DNA of 64,000 nucleotides from positions 251,284 to 315,283 of the forward strand of contig JBAZKE010000001.1 of assembly GCA_041650915.1 (NCBI GenBank), in the 5' to 3' direction. Positions 17,141 through 27,000 of this stretch are shown here, piece after piece; the stretch's first letter is position 1; each line of letters begins with the position of its first letter. Source of the DNA: Patescibacteria group bacterium. Lineage in GTDB: Bacteria; Patescibacteriota; Patescibacteriia; UBA10025; JAHIVO01. A program made the position numbers and the translations under genes. The notes under the pieces are model-generated. The model was given only the letters and a program-made list of their open reading frames with translations, was not told where the DNA came from and ran no database searches.

Positions 17141-19168
17141 ATGCCGATACAAAAAGGAGAAGAAAACAAGCCGCCAGAGGGGAAGAAAGTTTCCGTGCGT
17201 GCAGCCCGCTTGGAAGATTCGCCTGAAAAATCCGTGCTACCCCCTGGTGCCAAGGATTTTGCGAGTATTTACCGTGATGCGCGCGGGAAGCTCGGGTCCA
17301 TGGGTACGATTGAGCGGAGCGATCCAAACAGGAAAAAGAAAATTATCGGATGGATCGTCGTTGTCGTGCTCGTTCTCGCGGGCGTTTCGATCGGCGGTTT
17401 TTACTACTTCATGAACACAGAGGACTCTTTTAGCGACGACAATATCGAAATATCAGTGCTTCGCTCCCCGGCACTTTCCTCCGGTGATTCGACCGGCTTT
17501 ACCATTACGGTCAAGAACACTGCGGCAATCGCGCTTAGGAATGTCGAGCTCACGGTGCGCTACCCGGAAGAGTTTCGGTTCAATTCTTCCTCTCCGCTCG
17601 CGGACAACGCAGCAAACAACGCATGGACCCTTGGGGAAATTCCTGCGGGCGGATCTGAGTCTGTCGAGGTGACCGGGCAGCTCTTCGGCAGCGTCGGCAG
17701 TACGATCGGTTTTTCCAGCCTGCTGAGCTATATGCCGGCGAATTTCAATTCCGAGTTTCAGAAACGCGAGGATTTCAACGTCATCATCGCGAGTTCCGTA
17801 CTCAACTTTGACGTAAATGCACCGGCCCGCGTCATCAGTGAGAACCCTGAGCAGTATTCGTATACCATCACTAACAATTCGAGCGAGCCGATTGACCGGA
17901 TCCGTTTTCACCTGACAATACCCGATGATTTCGCCACATCCGATTTTAATCCCGCCCCGACGGACGGAACTGCGACGTGGGAAATCGCGCGGCTCGATCC
18001 TGCAGGGTCATACACCGTCTCGTTTAACGGCACTGTAACCGCCGCCGAAGGTTCGATGCGTGAAGTGAAAGCTGCGGTGGGGTACGTCGATGCTGACGGG
18101 ACGTACCATGAGCAGATGGCCGAAACTTCAATCGTGTTTGTCATCAATCCGGAGCTCACCGTTGAGCTTGACGCTGTTACGGTGAGCGAGTACGGAACGG
18201 TACCGTTCGGGGGTTCGCTTGACTACACGCTCAGCTATAATAATGCGAGCCAGTCCGTGATCAACAACCTCGTACTCGCCGTTGAGTTCAACGATACCGT
18301 ACTCAACTGGGAGTCGCTCGTCGATACGAATGGCGGGGCCGTATCCGAGAACACCATACAGTGGGACAGTAGCGAGGTGAGCGGGCTTGAATCGGTCAAA
18401 CCGGGCGACAGCGGCGAGCTGAAGTTTAGCATCAACCTCCTTGAAAACATTGTAGCTAAGGATACTGACGAACGGAATTATTCCGTGCAGGCAACTGCAT
18501 ACGCCCGCTCCGATGATGTAGTCGACCTCGAGGGGGGCGTATTCGAAGTTGTATCTGAGCCTGTTGAAGTCAAGGTCAGCAGCCGGCTCGATCTGCGCGC
18601 TGAGGGCCGGTACTATAGTGATGAATACATTGCGGTCGGAGACGGGCCGATTCCGCCGGTAGTCGGTGAGACAACGACGTACCAGATTTATTGGTACATC
18701 CAGAATGGGACGAACGAGGTGGACGAGGTAACGGTCACGGCTACGCTCCCGGATGACGTTGTATGGGAGGAAGATAGCTCGATCAGCGCTGGAGAGCTCA
18801 GCTATGACGAATCTACGCGCGCCATAACGTGGTCAATCAATCGGATTCTCGCACATGTCGGGCAGCTTAGCCCGGAGCTCAGCTGCAGGTTTGCGATATC
18901 GGTTACGCCGGACGCCTCGGACAGCGGTACGCTCATGACGCTGCTCGGAAAGAGCACTATCAGCGGGCATGATTCGTTCGCCGGGCACGGCGTGGAAGGT
19001 GTAGAAGACCTCATCACGTCCAACTTAGAATCAGATCCCCAGGCAGTGGGGCAGGGCCTCGTGACGAGCGGCAGTACAGCCAACACGAATAGCGGCACAA
19101 ACGCAAATACCAACCTCAGCTCTAATACAAACAGCGCGGTCAACACAAATTCGCCCGGGGGGTATTGA
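17141..19168 (+). CDS. Single-pass membrane protein with tandem Ig-like (DUF11-like) domains and N/T-rich tail
   Basis: TM after KKK; W.LG.I.AG.S..V and LDYTLSY.N beta-sandwich repeats; GPIPPVVGETTTY motif. Confidence 0.7.
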   Translation: MPIQKGEENKPPEGKKVSVRAARLEDSPEKSVLPPGAKDFASIYRDARGKLGSMGTIERSDPNRKKKIIGWIVVVVLVLAGVSIGGFYYFMNTEDSFSDDNIEISVLRSPALSSGDSTGFTITVKNTAAIALRNVELTVRYPEEFRFNSSSPLADNAANNAWTLGEIPAGGSESVEVTGQLFGSVGSTIGFSSLLSYMPANFNSEFQKREDFNVIIASSVLNFDVNAPARVISENPEQYSYTITNNSSEPIDRIRFHLTIPDDFATSDFNPAPTDGTATWEIARLDPAGSYTVSFNGTVTAAEGSMREVKAAVGYVDADGTYHEQMAETSIVFVINPELTVELDAVTVSEYGTVPFGGSLDYTLSYNNASQSVINNLVLAVEFNDTVLNWESLVDTNGGAVSENTIQWDSSEVSGLESVKPGDSGELKFSINLLENIVAKDTDERNYSVQATAYARSDDVVDLEGGVFEVVSEPVEVKVSSRLDLRAEGRYYSDEYIAVGDGPIPPVVGETTTYQIYWYIQNGTNEVDEVTVTATLPDDVVWEEDSSISAGELSYDESTRAITWSINRILAHVGQLSPELSCRFAISVTPDASDSGTLMTLLGKSTISGHDSFAGHGVEGVEDLITSNLESDPQAVGQGLVTSGSTANTNSGTNANTNLSSNTNSAVNTNSPGGY

Positions 19169-19186
19169 TGCGGCTCAGGCAGGTAG

Positions 19187-19825
19187 TTACCCTGCAGGTT
19201 TTTCTTTGGAAGAGAAGTGCGTAATAATGCTCAGGAGTGCAAACAGGGCTGCTACCCAGATGAGTATTTCAGCAGTGAGTACGATCGCGCCGTTTTGCTG
19301 CCAGAGGAGCAGGAGTGAAACGGCGACGCCCTCGGTGCCGAATTTCATTTTACCGAATGCATTCGCCCCGATTTTCGGGCGGTGCTTCAGGACATACGCC
19401 ATGAATGGCCCGATGGCGACCGCAAAGAGCACGAGCATGGCCTCGAGAGAAAGTATGGTAGCGATTGCTGCGGTGCTGAGGTTGCCGACGCCGACCATGA
19501 GCAGGACGGTTACAAAAATGATTTTATCCGCGGCAGGGTCGAGCAGCGCACCGAACTTTGTGATTTTATTATGGCATCGGGCTACTGCCCCGTCGAGCGC
19601 ATCGGAACAGAGGAATACAACGAATATGAAGGCTGTCCAGCCGTAATGTTCTTGCTCGTAGAGCAGGTAAATCGGTATAATGAGGAAGATACGAGCAGCA
19701 GTGATGAGGTTGGGGGTAATCCACCGGGGCACGAACCGTGCGATATACAGGAAGGGCACGTCGCGCCATGCGATGATCTTTCCGAGAATTCCCATTTGAA
19801 TTTTTTGGTCATCCATGCCCTTCAC
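19187..19825 (-). CDS. CDP-alcohol phosphatidyltransferase (PgsA-like)
   Basis: TPNLIT..R, D.LDG.VAR....T.FGALLDP.ADK signature, GKMK. Confidence 0.92.
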   Translation of the reverse strand: MKGMDDQKIQMGILGKIIAWRDVPFLYIARFVPRWITPNLITAARIFLIIPIYLLYEQEHYGWTAFIFVVFLCSDALDGAVARCHNKITKFGALLDPAADKIIFVTVLLMVGVGNLSTAAIATILSLEAMLVLFAVAIGPFMAYVLKHRPKIGANAFGKMKFGTEGVAVSLLLLWQQNGAIVLTAEILIWVAALFALLSIITHFSSKEKPAG

Positions 19826-19851
19826 TGTATAAAAAAAATAACCACTTGTCT

Positions 19852-20952
19852 ATGGGTTTCCGCGTACAGTACAGAAGCAGGCGCTCAGCAGCGCGGGCGG
19901 GGATCCTGCGCACCGCGCACGGCACCGCGCACACGCCTTTTTTCATGCCGATCGCGACCCGGGGCGCAGTCAAGGGGCTCACCGCCGATGACGTTCGGGC
20001 GTCCGGGAGCCGGGTCGTGCTCGCCAATACGTACCACCTGTGGCAGCGTCCTGGGCTCGGCACCCTGAAGCGGGCAGGTGGGCTGCACCGGTTTATGGCT
20101 TGGGACGGGCCGATACTTACCGACTCCGGCGGGTACCAGGTTTTTTCCCTCAGCGCGCGCAGAAAAATTACCGAGCGGGGCGTTGAATTCCGATCTGAGA
20201 TTGACGGCAAAAAACACCTGTTGACTCCAGAAAAAGCGATCGAGATACAGCATGCGTTGGGCTCGGATATTATCATGAGTTTGGATGAATGCCCGCCATA
20301 CCCAAGTACGCGTGTGTACGCCGCACATTCGTTGGCGTTAACGACGCGGTGGGCGCAACGCGGTTTTGACCGCATGAAAAAATTCCGGTCGAAAAAACAG
20401 TTGCTGTTCGGCATTGTCCAGGGCTCTTCGTACCGGGAACTGCGCCGGGAGAGCACTCGGCAGCTATTGAATATCGGTTTTGACGGATATGCCATCGGCG
20501 GGCTGGCGGTAGGCGAGCCGGCGGAAAAAATGTACCAGGCAATTGGTTGGGTGGAGCCGCTATTGCCGAAGGACAAGCCGTGCTATCTCATGGGTGTCGG
20601 CAAGCCGGAGCAGATCGTCGAGGCGGTGCGCCGGGGAGTCGATATGTTCGATTGTGTCATCCCGACCCGCAACGCCCGTCACGGCACTCTGTACGTGTGG
20701 AAACGGAGAGCGCTCACGGGCGCATTCTACGGTGAGTTGCGGATTAAGCAAGCAGCTTACGCCCATGACGTGAGGCCGATCGATCCACGGTGCGACTGCG
20801 GTGCGTGCCGGCAGTATTCGCGTGCGTACATCAGGCACCTGATGAACACCGGTGATCCGCTCGCCCTGCGGCTCGCTACCGTGCACAACGTACGTTTCTT
20901 CGCTACCCTCATGGAGGCGGTGCGGCGCAGCATCCGTACGGGCACGCTCTAG
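19852..20952 (+). CDS. tgt: tRNA-guanine transglycosylase
   Basis: TPFFMP, ANTYHL, TDSGGYQ, LDECP, GGLAVGE, MGVG, DCVIPTR, CDCGAC. Confidence 0.97.
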   Translation: MGFRVQYRSRRSAARAGILRTAHGTAHTPFFMPIATRGAVKGLTADDVRASGSRVVLANTYHLWQRPGLGTLKRAGGLHRFMAWDGPILTDSGGYQVFSLSARRKITERGVEFRSEIDGKKHLLTPEKAIEIQHALGSDIIMSLDECPPYPSTRVYAAHSLALTTRWAQRGFDRMKKFRSKKQLLFGIVQGSSYRELRRESTRQLLNIGFDGYAIGGLAVGEPAEKMYQAIGWVEPLLPKDKPCYLMGVGKPEQIVEAVRRGVDMFDCVIPTRNARHGTLYVWKRRALTGAFYGELRIKQAAYAHDVRPIDPRCDCGACRQYSRAYIRHLMNTGDPLALRLATVHNVRFFATLMEAVRRSIRTGTL

Positions 20953-21005
20953 GCTTGGTTGCATGGGTAGTGCTCCGGCACGAAAAAGTGCTATACTACT
21001 ATCGT

Positions 21006-21365
21006 ATGAAGGGTTTTTTTAAGCCAACAAAAGCAAAGGTATGCATTGCCTTTCTCGTCCCTCTGTTCGTGGCTATCGAGGTTGTGCCCGTTGAGGGAGG
21101 GACAACGTACGATTTTGCCCTTACGGTAAGCCCGTATATTGTCTTCATATTCAGCCTCATAACACTGTGGACAAAGAGCGATAGCGTCATCGCTGATTTT
21201 CAAAGCGCCACCTTATCCCAGAAGCTACAGGCGGTGCTGCTCGAGCTGTTCCTCCCGCTCCTGATTGGGTACTTAATTTCCTGCTGCATCGTATACCTTT
21301 TCCAGGAGATCAGGAGGCGCATGGGCGCTGCAGGAGAAGCGGCCAAACCGACCAAGGCAGCGTAG
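21006..21365 (+). CDS. Hypothetical membrane protein
   Basis: Three hydrophobic segments; MKGFFKPTKAK start; YLISC motif. Confidence 0.6.
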   Translation: MKGFFKPTKAKVCIAFLVPLFVAIEVVPVEGGTTYDFALTVSPYIVFIFSLITLWTKSDSVIADFQSATLSQKLQAVLLELFLPLLIGYLISCCIVYLFQEIRRRMGAAGEAAKPTKAA

Positions 21366-21463
21366 GTGCGGATTGATACGATACGGCCGTCTGTTTTCGC
21401 GGTTGTGGGATTTTTCGTATCTGCTACAATTTGAGTGCGTTACTATTAATGGGCGGAATATAT

Positions 21464-22192
21464 ATGGAACAAGAACAGCAGATGACGAAGCGCCAGCGGC
21501 GCGAGTTAAAAAAGCAGGAGAAAGCTCTAGCCCGCGAACGCCAGGTCAAGCGGACGAAAATCATCCGGTGGTCGGTATGGACAGGGGCAGTCGCCATCAT
21601 TCTGGGCATCTGGTACCTTGGTTTTTTTAGGGCTTCGGACACGTACACGAACAGCAACGGTGAGGTGCGCGCAAATCCGACGCTCGGGGGAGCGGACGCA
21701 GCGGTCGTTGTCACCGAGTTTTCCGATTTCAGCTGTCCGGCATGTGCCGCTACCGCGCCCGTGGTAAAGGAGGTTGCCGAAGCGTACGGCGACCAGATCC
21801 GCGTTGAGTTCAACGGTTTCAATCTTCAGCATACCTGGTCCGAGAAGTCCCACGAAGCGGGGGAGTGTGCGCTTGATCAGGGGAAGTTTTGGGAGTTCCA
21901 TGATATCATTTTTTCGCGGCAGTCAGAGTGGGTGAGTGCGGATAATGCCCTCGATACGTTCGCTGCGTACGCAGAAGAAGCAGGGCTTGACCGGGCAGCT
22001 TTCGTCACCTGCCTCGACAGCGGAGAGATGGCGGATGAGGTTGGCCGCGATACGAGCGTAGCCCGGGCGAATGGCATCGATGCGACCCCGACATTCAGCA
22101 TCGGCGATGAGAAGGTGGTGGGCGGACAAACGTTCGAAGAGTTTAAACGAATCATCGATGGACAGCTTGGCATCGAACCAGCAGCAGAGTAA
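21464..22192 (+). CDS. DsbA-family thioredoxin-fold protein with N-terminal TM anchor
   Basis: EFSDFSCPAC, CA.DQGKFWEFHD, GIDATPTF. Confidence 0.92.
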   Translation: MEQEQQMTKRQRRELKKQEKALARERQVKRTKIIRWSVWTGAVAIILGIWYLGFFRASDTYTNSNGEVRANPTLGGADAAVVVTEFSDFSCPACAATAPVVKEVAEAYGDQIRVEFNGFNLQHTWSEKSHEAGECALDQGKFWEFHDIIFSRQSEWVSADNALDTFAAYAEEAGLDRAAFVTCLDSGEMADEVGRDTSVARANGIDATPTFSIGDEKVVGGQTFEEFKRIIDGQLGIEPAAE

Positions 22193-22685
22193 ACTCATTG
22201 ACGGCAGGACGCGATCTGCCCTTTTTTGGGCTACCGGATTTGGGAGCGGGTACCTGCCGATTGCGCCGGGGAGCTGGGGATCACTCGTTATCGCGGGCGC
22301 AGCGTGGTGGCTGCTCAAGCTGCCAATCGTCTGGTACCTGGCATTGACCGCAATAATTTTTACGATTGGAATTTTAGTTGCCGGCATCGCTGATCAGCAC
22401 TTCCGTTCACGCGGGGGCAAGGATTCTGACAACGGGCAGATCGTTATTGATGAGTGGGCAGGGCAGCTTATTACCCTGCTGCCACTCTTTTACTTTGAAA
22501 AGAGCTTACTCAACATTGGAATCGGGTTTGTTTTATTCAGAATTTTTGACGTACTGAAGTTTGGATTTGCGAAGTATTTTGACAAGCGGCACGACCACTG
22601 GGGGGTGATGTTGGATGACGTTTTTGCCGGAGTGCACGCCGGGATTTTTTTCTTTATCGCGCTGTGGATGATGTACAGGATGTAG
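22158..22685 (+). CDS. pgpA: Phosphatidylglycerophosphatase A (start uncertain)
   Basis: ATGFGSG.LPIAPGSWGS, D...IVIDEWAG, LFRIFD..K, GVMLDDV.AG. Confidence 0.93.
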   Translation: MDSLASNQQQSKLIDGRTRSALFWATGFGSGYLPIAPGSWGSLVIAGAAWWLLKLPIVWYLALTAIIFTIGILVAGIADQHFRSRGGKDSDNGQIVIDEWAGQLITLLPLFYFEKSLLNIGIGFVLFRIFDVLKFGFAKYFDKRHDHWGVMLDDVFAGVHAGIFFFIALWMMYRM

Positions 22686-22778
22686 AGTGGAAGAAGGCGA
22701 TAGAAGGAAGGAGAGGGTGCTAAGAAGGGTGAGAGGATGAGAGGGCGAGAAGGCGCGAGAGGGGCAGGTGGGGTATGG
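22683..22778 (+). repeat. Purine-rich tract with degenerate GAGAGG/GAGAAGG units
   Basis: About 95 nt, mostly G/A, with recurring GAGAGG-like units roughly every 8-11 nt. Confidence 0.6.
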
Positions 22779-22843
22779 CCGTTCTGATTTTTGATACCCA
22801 AAAACAAGGCTCGGCCGTTAATGCTGGCATATATTGGGTATGC

Positions 22844-23827
22844 CTATGGCGTACCGTATTTTTTATCGATTTCTTCGAATGTTGTTTTCGAAATGCTGCC
22901 GATCGCCGATGTCAGCTCGTCCATGTTTTCGCCGCGCGTCATGATGCATAGCAGGTACGGATGGCTAGGGTAATACACGATGCCGCAATCATGGAGTTGC
23001 TTGGTCCCGCTGCTTTCTGCGCCCACGACGCCAAACTTACTTGCGACTTTTATCGTATCAGGCAGCCCGGCCGCTAAACCGTAGGTGAAGCTTGACTGGC
23101 TCAAGAGTTCCAGCGCTTGTTCCGACATGCTTCTGTTCAAGTAGGAGGCGTTATACAGGATTCGGAAGAGTGATGCATACGCCTTGACGCTGACAAAGTC
23201 TTCTGGCGTTTCGGGCCCGATTGTTGTCAGCCCTAGATCCAGGTGTATCTGCTGGATCTTGTTATCTCCGATGTTGCCGGCCAGCATTTCAAACGCCAGA
23301 TTGTCTGACCGGACAATCATCATGCCGATCAGTTCTTGCACGGAGTAGGATGACCCCGGTGTCAGATATTCGCTTGCATTCTGGCTTGCAGGCGGGTCTG
23401 CGTTCACCGTTAGCATTTCTTGGAGAATCGCAGGGTCGCTTTCCGCCATTTTGAAATACGCCATCATAACGGGCACTTTCAGGAGGCTTGCTGGCTTAAA
23501 ATTTTCCCGTTCATTGATGCCGTACCACGGCCCGTTATTGAGATCCCGGTAATACATTGAAATGTGGCGGATTGAACTTCCCGTTTTCAAATCATCAATT
23601 ACTTCCTCAATGGCGTATTTGAAGCTTTTCAGGTCAGTTGATTCCAGCCCTGAATTGATTTCACATTCGAGCAGGGGATTGATGAACTGGTATCCGCCCT
23701 GACGGACCGAGACGCCTTGATGGGTCGTTGCATCGTTGTTATCCAGAGCCGCATATCCAAACCAACCTATTACCATGCCGATACAGCACAGTAGTATTGA
23801 ATAGATAATGATGCTCCGCCGTTTCAT
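22844..23827 (-). CDS. Class A beta-lactamase-related serine hydrolase (membrane-anchored)
   Basis: PASLLK (SxxK), SDN, KFG, HDCGIVY. Confidence 0.9.
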   Translation of the reverse strand: MKRRSIIIYSILLCCIGMVIGWFGYAALDNNDATTHQGVSVRQGGYQFINPLLECEINSGLESTDLKSFKYAIEEVIDDLKTGSSIRHISMYYRDLNNGPWYGINERENFKPASLLKVPVMMAYFKMAESDPAILQEMLTVNADPPASQNASEYLTPGSSYSVQELIGMMIVRSDNLAFEMLAGNIGDNKIQQIHLDLGLTTIGPETPEDFVSVKAYASLFRILYNASYLNRSMSEQALELLSQSSFTYGLAAGLPDTIKVASKFGVVGAESSGTKQLHDCGIVYYPSHPYLLCIMTRGENMDELTSAIGSISKTTFEEIDKKYGTP

Positions 23828-23950
23828 ACACTACCAGTATACCGTTAGTGTCATGCTAGCACAAATTTTTTAGTGAGAAGTTCATTAGCGAGTTTGCAAC
23901 GTATATAATGTGAGTTTTTTAGTGTTCGATATAGTGGAAACGTTAAGAAA

Positions 23951-23979
23951 TTGATTTTTCCCCCAAAGTGTGTTACAAT
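23951..23979 (+). promoter_or_regulatory. Putative promoter of the giant protein
   Basis: TTGATT-17 bp-TACAAT with TG extension. Confidence 0.55.
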
Positions 23980-24055
23980 AGTAAGGTATTAAATGTAAAA
24001 AAATAATGATTTTCGGGTTGTAAATACCCATTATTTTTTAGTATACAAGTCATTG

Positions 24056-27000
24056 ATGCAGGCAGATCAAATGCCAGCGCGCCAAAAAAAGAAAAAAATA
24101 ACCGGTAACATACCAGTGCGGCAGAACCGCAAAAAAACGATCGCAACGCAAAAAAAGCGGTCGGCTTGCCGCGTGTCGGCTGTCAGCTCCCGTTCAGGAG
24201 CCGCTAAACAGAATCAAAAGAATCGAACTCGAACAGCCGTGGGGTTTTATGGGCGATTTTTTGCTTTTTTAAACTTAGTAACCGGCTTTATCCGCGCGTA
24301 TCGGCCACTTATTATTGTCGCGCTTGTCGTCACGGCGACTGCTGGTTTATTTTATTTTTATTACCAGAGCACACTGGCTGCCGCGGCGCAGTACGTGATT
24401 GACACGCAGGCTGAGTGGGAAGCAGGCGAGTATTATCCGAACACGGTCGATACAAAAACAACTGCCGATGAAATTTCAATTAAACCAGGCGGCGGCGGCA
24501 CATGGGACGGCGATACGACCGGATTTCTCACTGACACCGCGGGTTATGAATACTGGTCGTACGACGGCCCGTCATACGGCGCTGACCTGACCACGGACGG
24601 CACATACATTTACCAGATCCTCGGCAACCGCAGGCCGTACCTGTTCCGCTACAATCCGGAAACGAATACATGGAAGCAGCTTGCTAATGCGCCGACTTCT
24701 TTTTATTACGGCGGTTCGATTACCTATGATGCGCATACGAAGAGCATCTTTGCCATTAACGGCGGAGAGCAGAACGAGACGGAACAGGCGACTAAGCACA
24801 TGTTCCAGTATGACATTGCTTCTGACACGTGGTCCAAATCAACTGACGCGCCGGATACGTTCGGCCTTGGTTCTTCAATCACGTCCAACGGCGCGGGCAA
24901 ACTGTTCGCGGTCCGCGGCAGGAATACCGACGAGCTGTGGGAGTACGACATTGATGATGAAACATGGGACCAGAACTATTCCCAGCTGCCCACGCCGTAT
25001 TATGTGTACCAGACCAATGGCCAGCCGCTCGAATTTGTGAATGAGCAGTACAGCGACGGGGAGGGCGACCACTGCACTCAGGGCTGCCTATTCACGCTGT
25101 ATGGTGGCGGCAACCGGAATTTTTTCCGTTTTGATATTGCCGAAAAAATCTGGTACCACACGACGCCCGTTGACCTGACTATCCCGGCCGCTCTTGGCGG
25201 CGTGAACTATGGATCGTCCTTCGCCTATGACAGCGACCGCGGCAATTTATTTTTGCTCCATGGCAATACCCAGTATCCGGCCACGACAACCATGGGTGAT
25301 AATTTTTCCACGTATGACGTATCTGCGCAGGACTGGGATGACGCGCCTGAAGACACGCCGGACGCGCCCGGATGGGTCACGTACGGCGGCGCCATGGTGT
25401 ATCTGGACGACTACGTGTATGCCATGCAGGGATATAATGGTTCTAGGCCTGGTTTGTGGCGGTATGACGCGGCAAACGGCTACTGGGATTCCATTTCCAC
25501 GCCGGACGTGGCAAACGGATCAAACCCAGCGCTTGGCCAGGGCACCCAGGGCAGCGGAGGGGAGAACGGCCACCTGGTATATGTTCCCAGCGGCACATAC
25601 TGTGCTGACGCTGGCGGGTGCCTGTATTCTTTCAGGGGCGGCAATTCAACGAATTACTGGCGGTATAATGTCGACGCCAAGACCTGGACTACCGATCTTT
25701 CTGTGGAGAATTTCGGAGCGTTACAGCAGGGTTCTTCGTTCTGCTACAACGGCGCGAACAGGATATATGCGCTACATGGCGAAAGTACACTTACATTTTA
25801 CCAGTATGAAATCACTGGTGAAGGCGATGATGATGAGGACACCTGGCAGGTGCTGACCAGCATGCCCGCAGACCATAGTGATGCTGATGATTATCCGGAC
25901 GCCTCTGCGAATGCGTCATACGGTTCTTCGCTTGCATGCATGGGCACCACGGTGTATGCGCTTAAAGGAGGGACTTCAGCGAGCGGAGCCAACCATTTCT
26001 TCAGTTATAATGGAGCGGCATGGACGGATTTGGAGCCATTGCCCCAGCGCGCGTACCTGGGCGCAAAGCTCGTTACAGTACCGTACGACGCGGGGCATAC
26101 AGAATGGTGCGCTGACGCGTCGGGTTGCGTATTCGCTTTTGCCGGAAACATGCGCGGCGACTGGTACCGGTATAATATCGGAGCGAACACCTGGACCGCG
26201 CTCACTGGCGACAATCTACCTACCGCGACTTATTATACGGCTTCATTGGCATACGACGGCCAGGGGAACATTTACGCGACTGACGGTAATTATGACACCA
26301 ACATGTGGAAGTACGAGATCAACGGGGATGACGGCACCTGGTACCAGATTGCGGATCTGCAGGCGCGCGTCGGCTACAATAACGCCCTTGCATACGACAG
26401 CGACAATAACGTGATGTACTTCCAGCAGGGCTTGGGCACGACAACGATAAGCCGGTTTACGCCGACGCCTGACGATTATATCGCATCGGCAACCTGGATT
26501 TCAGAGCCGCTTGATCTCGGGTATGTCAATTCGTTTTCAACACTCGGATATTTAGTTACGGAGCCGGACGATTCAGCGGTAACATTCCAGACCAGGACCT
26601 CGACAGACAAAGTGTCATGGTCTGACTGGGAAAATCTCGGGCTTTTGGACGCGATTGAGTCGGATGCGGGGCAGTATATCCAGGTTAAGGCGGTTTTGGC
26701 GGCATCAACTGACGGCGGCGATACACCGACTATAACGAGCATTACAGTGAATTACGACAAGGACGGCACAGCACCTGATAATCCTGATGTTGACGGGTAT
26801 GCTGATTCCACCGAAGCGACGGAAATTACTTCGGGCGCAGGCAACTTGTACCACTATACGAATCCGTACTTCGAGTGGGACGCTGCAACGGACGATTCCG
26901 GCATTGCCGGCTACTACGTGCGGTGGACTGACGATGAATTGGATGATCCCGATGAAAGCGAGGATTATTTCCAGACCGGCACCTCGTACGAAGTGAATAC

